Assembly: GCA_036265325.1 (NCBI GenBank)
Contig: DATAPH010000023.1
Location: 32,264-96,263 of the forward strand
From: Actinomycetota bacterium
GTDB lineage: Bacteria > Actinomycetota > UBA4738 > HRBIN12
Direction of reading: 5' to 3'
Length of the DNA: 64,000 bases
Both the position numbers and the translations under genes were made by a program. Below the pieces are notes generated by a model that was not told the origin of the DNA, did not search any database, and worked only from the letters and a program-made list of their open reading frames with translations. Shown here piece by piece: positions 59,095 through 64,000 of this stretch. Each line of letters starts with the position of its first letter. Position 1 is the first letter of the stretch.

Positions 59095-59673
59095 TCAGCC
59101 GCGCAGGTGATCGTCGCCGTAGACGACCTTGCTGAGGTACGTGTCGACGTCCTCGAATGCGGTCCACATCTTCTGGAACCACTTGGGACCGGTCGGCTCG
59201 GGCGCGTCCGCGTCGTGCTCGGCCTCGCTCATGTCCGGGTCCTCGTCGACGTGCGCGAGCGCTGCGAGGTGGGCGGCACCCATGAGATCGCCGGAGGCCC
59301 GCTTCAGCTCCATCAGGTCGGCCGTCGACGCCACGCGGGCGACCACGCCGTTCCCAAGATCCTCCGTCGTCGCCCGCTCCGCGAGGCCGTCGTAGGCCTC
59401 GCCGAGCTCGATCACGTCGAGCTGCCCGGCGGCCGTCAGATAGGAGCTTCGATGCGCGTCGTCCTCGCCGATCGGCTCCGCGCCGAGTTGCACGAGCGCA
59501 AGTCCCAAGTTCCCGAGGTTCTCCTCGTCGGCCGGCGGGATCACGATGTCGACGTCATCGAGCGTAATCGTGGACCCTCGGGCGGCCGAGGCGAGGCCCC
59601 CGACCAGAACGTAGGAAACCCCGTGCGAACGGAGCCCGGCGAGCAGGCGCAGCGGATCGAACTCGTCTTCCAT
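59095..59673 (-). CDS. Nucleotidyltransferase-fold protein (Pol-beta superfamily GS...DxD motif) with acidic C-terminal tail
   Basis: VGGLASAARGSTITLDDVDIVI matches the G[GS]-x(9-13)-DxD NTase signature. The start at 59673 is constrained by the tRNA-His gene. Confidence 0.5.
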   Translation of the reverse strand: MEDEFDPLRLLAGLRSHGVSYVLVGGLASAARGSTITLDDVDIVIPPADEENLGNLGLALVQLGAEPIGEDDAHRSSYLTAAGQLDVIELGEAYDGLAERATTEDLGNGVVARVASTADLMELKRASGDLMGAAHLAALAHVDEDPDMSEAEHDADAPEPTGPKWFQKMWTAFEDVDTYLSKVVYGDDHLRG

Positions 59674-59738
59674 CCCGATACCCCCTCGGTGCGTGTACCT
59701 GGAGATAGGTATCGGCCGCGAGGCCAGGAACGTTGAAG

Positions 59739-59813
59739 GGCGACCGACGGGGCTCGAACCCGCGACCTTCTGGACCACAACCAGACGCTCTAACCACCTG
59801 AGCTACGGCCGCC
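59739..59813 (-). tRNA. tRNA-His(GTG): tRNA-His (anticodon GTG) with encoded G-1
   Basis: Manual fold: G-1 pairs with discriminator C73; acceptor GCGGCCG/CGGTCGC; anticodon loop TTGTGGT; T-loop TTCGAGC. Confidence 0.85.
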
Positions 59814-59974
59814 ATACGCACGATCGCGTCGTGCCTGCTCACGATACCAACGGCGACCTTCCTGACCGCCCTTCAACGGCCGGGACTTGCCTTCCGCCGG
59901 CTTCATCGGCGAGAATCTTGAACGGCCGTTCAAACTCTCATCGACCCAGAGCGGCCGCAGGAGGCAGAACCCCT

Positions 59975-61342
59975 ATGGCAACGACCGAGTTCGACCTCGG
60001 CAAGATCGACGAGCTGATCGCCAAAGAAGAGGCGATCCTCGAGCCGCGGCACAAGGAGTCGATCGCGTACCGCGAGATCGCAGACCGTCATGTCGCGGGG
60101 GGTGTCGCTTCGAGCTGGCAGGACTCGCCGCCACACGCGATCTTCATCGACCGCGGCAAGGGGTCCCGTATCTGGGACATCGACGGAAACGAGTACATCG
60201 ACTTCCACCTCGGCTACGGCGCGATGGTGGTGGGACACGCGAACCCAACGATCATCGACGCGATCAAGAAGGCCGCCGACCGTGGCACGCATTTCGCGCA
60301 GCCGACCAGGGATCTCGACGTGATCGGCGAGAATCTGACCGACCGGTTCAAGCTCCCGCTGTGGCGCTTCGCCAACTCCGGGACCGAGGCGACGCTCGAG
60401 GCGCTCCGTTTGATGCGCGCCAACACCGGCCGCGACATGCTCATCAAGATCGAGGGCTCGTATCACGGACACCACGACTCGATCATGTTCAGCGTCGCGC
60501 CCGACCGCTCCGAGATCGGGCCGCGCGAGCACCCGGTCACGGTTCCGCAGGCGATGGGCATCCCGCAGGCGTTCGCCGACCTGGTTCGTGTCGTGCCGTT
60601 CAACGATCTGGTCGAAGCGAAGCGCGCGTTCGACGAGAACCCCGGCAAGATCGCCGGCATGATCGTCGAGCCGGCGATGATGAACTGCGGCGTGATCTTG
60701 CCGGAGCCCGGCTACCTACAGGGCCTGAAGGACCTTTGCCACGAGAACGGCGCGTACCTCGCATTCGACGAGGTCAAGACCGGCGCGACGCTCGCGTACG
60801 GGGGGGCCGTTGAGTCGTTCGGCGTGGTGCCCGACGTGATCTGTCTCGCGAAGGCGATTGGCGGCGGCACGCCGTGCGGCGCCATCGGGTCGACCGAGGA
60901 TCTGTACGGCCCGGTGATCCGCGGCGAGTACGACATGGCCGGCACGTTCAACGGCAACCCGCTCACGATGGCCGCCTCGCGCGCCACGCTCACCGAGGTG
61001 CTCGTGCCCGAGGTGTACGAGCACTTCACCCGGATCGACAAGGTGATGAAGGACGGTCTCAACTCGGTGGTCGAGAAGTACGAGCTGCCGTGCTACGTGA
61101 CCGGCCTCGGCGCGAAGGGTTCGGTGATCTACTCGAACCAGCCGGTGCGCGAGTACCGCGACGCGGTCGGCATCGATGAGCGGATCAGCTACCTCGCGTG
61201 GCTCTTCCAGCAGAACCGCGGCGTGTTCAAGTCTCCCTGGACCAAGCAGGAGACCTGGACGACATCGGTCGCGCACACCGAGGACGACGCGTCTCGATAC
61301 ATCGCGAACTTCGAGGAGTTCGCGTCGGCCGTCACGTCCTGA
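59975..61342 (+). CDS. Class III (GSA-aminomutase-like) PLP-dependent aminotransferase
   Basis: GNEYIDFHLGYGAMVVGH, DEVKTG and LAKAIGGG (PLP lysine) motifs. GCAGGAGGCAG SD. Confidence 0.8.
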   Translation: MATTEFDLGKIDELIAKEEAILEPRHKESIAYREIADRHVAGGVASSWQDSPPHAIFIDRGKGSRIWDIDGNEYIDFHLGYGAMVVGHANPTIIDAIKKAADRGTHFAQPTRDLDVIGENLTDRFKLPLWRFANSGTEATLEALRLMRANTGRDMLIKIEGSYHGHHDSIMFSVAPDRSEIGPREHPVTVPQAMGIPQAFADLVRVVPFNDLVEAKRAFDENPGKIAGMIVEPAMMNCGVILPEPGYLQGLKDLCHENGAYLAFDEVKTGATLAYGGAVESFGVVPDVICLAKAIGGGTPCGAIGSTEDLYGPVIRGEYDMAGTFNGNPLTMAASRATLTEVLVPEVYEHFTRIDKVMKDGLNSVVEKYELPCYVTGLGAKGSVIYSNQPVREYRDAVGIDERISYLAWLFQQNRGVFKSPWTKQETWTTSVAHTEDDASRYIANFEEFASAVTS

Positions 61343-61382
61343 GCGCGTTGCCGCCGGTCGCGCGGACGGGGAGACTGCCCGC

Positions 61383-62279
61383 ATGACGCCCGAACCGACG
61401 CCGGTCGAGCTGCCCGACGGGCGCTCCGTCGACGTCTACGTCGACGGGCCGCCTGACGGTGTGCCGCTCGTCTCGCATCACGGCACGCCCGGCGCCGGGC
61501 TGCCGTACGGTCCGTTCGTCCGGGCGGCGGCCGAACGAGGCATGCGATGGGTCTCGTACTCGCGGCCCGGCTACGCCTCGTCGACCCGCGTCGAGGGGCG
61601 ATCGGTTGCCGACTGCGTCGCCGACGTCGTTGCGATCGTCGATAGCCTCGGCGCCGGTCGCTTCTACACGACCGGCGGCTCGGGCGGCGGCCCGCATACC
61701 CTCGCGTGCGCCGCGCTGCTGCCAGACCGGGTGCTCGCATGCGCGGCGATCGCCTCGGTGGCGCCGCGCGACGCATCGGGCTTGGACTGGACCGACGGCA
61801 TGGGCCCCGAGAACATCGAAGAGTTCGGCGCCGCCGAGGAGGGTCCCAACGCGCTCGAGCGTTTCCTCGAGCCAGAGGCGCAGGGTTTGCGAGAAGCGAA
61901 CTCTGCGCAGGAGCTGATCGACACGATGGCCGGGCTGTTGCCGCCGGTCGATCGCGGCGCGCTGAGCGGCGCCTACGCCGAGGCGACGATCGAGTCGATG
62001 CATCGCTCGGTCCGGAGCGGCATCTGGGGTTGGTTCGACGACGACATGGCGTTCCTCAAGGACTGGGGCTTCTCGGTCGACGCGATCGAGGTTCCCGTCG
62101 CGGTGTGGCAGGGCCGACATGACCAGATGGTTCCGTTCGGGCACGGTGCGTGGCTCGCGGAGCACACGGCCGGCGCACGCCCGCACCTGCTGGTCGACCA
62201 CGGGCATCTTTCGATCGCGGTCTCGTCGTACGACCGGGTGCTCGACGACCTGCTCGAGATGGAGAAGGAGCGCGCATGA
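61383..62279 (+). CDS. Alpha/beta-hydrolase fold protein
   Basis: Nucleophile-elbow-like GGSGGG. Catalytic His near the C-terminus (DHGHLS). Confidence 0.7.
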   Translation: MTPEPTPVELPDGRSVDVYVDGPPDGVPLVSHHGTPGAGLPYGPFVRAAAERGMRWVSYSRPGYASSTRVEGRSVADCVADVVAIVDSLGAGRFYTTGGSGGGPHTLACAALLPDRVLACAAIASVAPRDASGLDWTDGMGPENIEEFGAAEEGPNALERFLEPEAQGLREANSAQELIDTMAGLLPPVDRGALSGAYAEATIESMHRSVRSGIWGWFDDDMAFLKDWGFSVDAIEVPVAVWQGRHDQMVPFGHGAWLAEHTAGARPHLLVDHGHLSIAVSSYDRVLDDLLEMEKERA

Positions 62280-63643
62280 CCGACACCGTCCAGATCGATC
62301 TCGGACTCGTCGAAGAGCTGACCAAGCGTGAGACGGCTGCGCTCGACGAGAAGCACACGAAGAGCCTCAGCTACCGCGAGACCGCGAAGGCGCACCTACC
62401 CGGTGGCGTGTCGTCGTCGTGGCAGAGCTGGCCGCCGCACCCGATCTACGTCGACCGCGGTGCGGGCTCGCGGGTGTGGGACATCGACGGCAACGAGTAC
62501 GTCGACTTCCACAACGGGTACGGCGTGATGTTGATGGGCCACGCCCATCCGAAGATCGTCGAGGCGGTGCGGAAGCGGGTCGCGCTCGGGACGCATTTCG
62601 CGCAGCCGACGGAGGACGCGCTACCGGTCGCGGAGCAGCTGACCGAGCGCACCGGCCTGCCGTTCTGGCGGTTCGGCAATTCGGGAACCGAAGCGACGCT
62701 CGACGCGGTGCGGATCATGCGCGCGACCACCGGGCGCGACCTGTTGGTCAAGATCGAGGGCACGTACCACGGCCATCACGACGCGCTGATGGTGAGCGTG
62801 TTCCCGGCCGAATCCGACGCCGGACCACGGACGCGGCCGCATTCCGTCCCGCAGACCGCGGGCATGATCCCCGGCACCACCGACTGGACGGTCAACGTGC
62901 CGTTCAACGATCTCGAGGCCGCGCAGAAGCTGTTCGCGGAGCGCAGTGACGAGATCGCCGGCATGATCATCGAGCCGATCATGACCAACTGCGGCGTCGT
63001 GATCCCCGACCACGGCTATCTCGAAGGGCTCAAGGAGCTCTGCCACACGCACGGCGCGATGTTCGCGTTCGACGAGGTCAAGACGGGGTTCACGGTGGCG
63101 TGGGGCGGCGCGATCGAGGCCTTCGGTGTGCAGCCAGACCTGGTCGCGTTCGCCAAGGCGCTCGGCGCCGGCTTGCCGTGTGGCGCGATCGGCGGCACCG
63201 AGGACGCGATGCGCAAGGTGATCGCCGGCGAGCTCGACCAGGTCGGCACCTTCAACGGGAACCCGCTCACGATGGCCGCCGCCAAGGTGAACCTCGAAGA
63301 GGTCTTGACGAAGGACGCGTACACGCGCCTCGACGAGATCAACGCGATCCTTCGGCGCTGCGACGACGTGATGGTCCGGTACCACCTGCCCGCGTCGATG
63401 AAGACGCTCGGCGCGAAGGGCTCCATCGACTGGAGCGAGACGCCGATCCACGAATACCGCGATCTGTGGAAGATCGACGACCGCATCCCGCAGCTCGCGT
63501 GGCTCTGGCAGCTCAACCGCGGCGTGTTCAAGAGCCCCGGCTCGAAGTGGGAGAGCTGGACGACGTCGATCGTGATGAGCGACGCCGACGTGGAACGCTA
63601 CGTCGAGAACTTCGAGGAGATGGCCGAGGCCATCACGCGGTAG
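62276..63643 (+). CDS. Class III (GSA-aminomutase-like) PLP-dependent aminotransferase, paralog of 59975..61342
   Basis: Collinear with the first copy (GNEYVDFHNGYGVMLMGH, FAKALGAG). ATGA-coupled to the hydrolase gene. Confidence 0.8.
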   Translation: MTDTVQIDLGLVEELTKRETAALDEKHTKSLSYRETAKAHLPGGVSSSWQSWPPHPIYVDRGAGSRVWDIDGNEYVDFHNGYGVMLMGHAHPKIVEAVRKRVALGTHFAQPTEDALPVAEQLTERTGLPFWRFGNSGTEATLDAVRIMRATTGRDLLVKIEGTYHGHHDALMVSVFPAESDAGPRTRPHSVPQTAGMIPGTTDWTVNVPFNDLEAAQKLFAERSDEIAGMIIEPIMTNCGVVIPDHGYLEGLKELCHTHGAMFAFDEVKTGFTVAWGGAIEAFGVQPDLVAFAKALGAGLPCGAIGGTEDAMRKVIAGELDQVGTFNGNPLTMAAAKVNLEEVLTKDAYTRLDEINAILRRCDDVMVRYHLPASMKTLGAKGSIDWSETPIHEYRDLWKIDDRIPQLAWLWQLNRGVFKSPGSKWESWTTSIVMSDADVERYVENFEEMAEAITR

Positions 63644-63695
63644 TCATCGCGAACAGGTACGTGTGTTGCACCGAGAGGCGGGGTAGCCTCCGGCG

Positions 63696-64000
63696 GTGAG
63701 CGACTCCCCGTCGGACTCCGAGTCGCCGCGGCCGCCTTGGCTCCCAGAGGTTCTCAAGCTCGGCGGCCGACGGCTGTTCTTCGTGCTGGTCGCGGCCTTC
63801 CTCGCGGTGCTCGTGATCCGCTGGCTGACACACGAGCTGTCGAGCTTCCTCACGATCATCTTCATGTCGCTGTTCCTGTCGTTCGCGCTCGAGCCCGCCG
63901 TCCAATGGTTGGTGAACAAGGGATGGAAGCGAGGGGCTGCGACCGGGTTGATGCTCGGCCTCGTGTTCCTCGCGGGCGTCTTCTTGCTCGCGTTGATCAT
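63696..64000 (+). CDS. AI-2E family (UPF0118/PerM-like) transporter, 5' part only (runs off the window)
   Basis: GTG start. TM1 followed by the characteristic FLSFALEPAVQWL segment. No stop before the window end. Confidence 0.55.
   Translation, partial: MSDSPSDSESPRPPWLPEVLKLGGRRLFFVLVAAFLAVLVIRWLTHELSSFLTIIFMSLFLSFALEPAVQWLVNKGWKRGAATGLMLGLVFLAGVFLLALI

Overview
The window reads as a single high-GC (about 70%) actinobacterial-type chromosomal segment. Strong GGAGG-type Shine-Dalgarno sites sit in front of most start codons, and neighbouring genes often share 4-nt start/stop overlaps (GTGA, ATGA). Because of the GC content every reading frame carries long Arg-rich antisense ORFs. I called genes only where the translated protein shows recognisable family motifs or forms an operon pair with such a gene. 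I support about 68 CDS, 3 tRNAs (Leu-TAG, Lys-CTT, His-GTG, all on the minus strand) and one hairpin terminator. I found no rRNA, no CRISPR array and no clear transposon. The cysteine-to-rdgB block (mec, moeB, cysO, cysM, murI, MBL-fold gene, rph, rdgB) matches the order of M. tuberculosis Rv1334-Rv1341. Here selD lies directly upstream of it, and a two-component system plus a DoxX-Rieske fusion gene is inserted between cysO and cysM. The regions most worth a second look are: (1) 42.3-52.2 kb, an interleaved set of paralog pairs (GT-C-like polytopic membrane proteins, secreted beta-propeller-like repeat proteins, PLC/AcpA-family phosphoesterase lipoproteins) next to an L,D-transpeptidase; the larger membrane paralog ends in a TlpA-like thioredoxin-fold domain with a non-canonical C-D-P-S-C motif. 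(2) Two separate ApbE flavin-transferase / ferric-reductase-like membrane protein modules at 34.5-41.1 kb, next to a hydrolase-adenylyl-cyclase fusion. (3) The selD / Mec-MoeB-CysO carrier juxtaposition. (4) A cNMP-binding protein in an apparent operon with an MprF-type flippase-like membrane protein. (5) A tRNA-Lys / nucleotidyltransferase-fold gene / tRNA-His locus. (6) A small C2H2 zinc-finger ORF next to tRNA-Leu. (7) Twin class-III aminotransferases flanking an alpha/beta hydrolase. Coordinates for ORF-derived features are computed from the supplied ORF track. Small motif and tRNA coordinates read directly from the sequence may be off by 1-2 nt.
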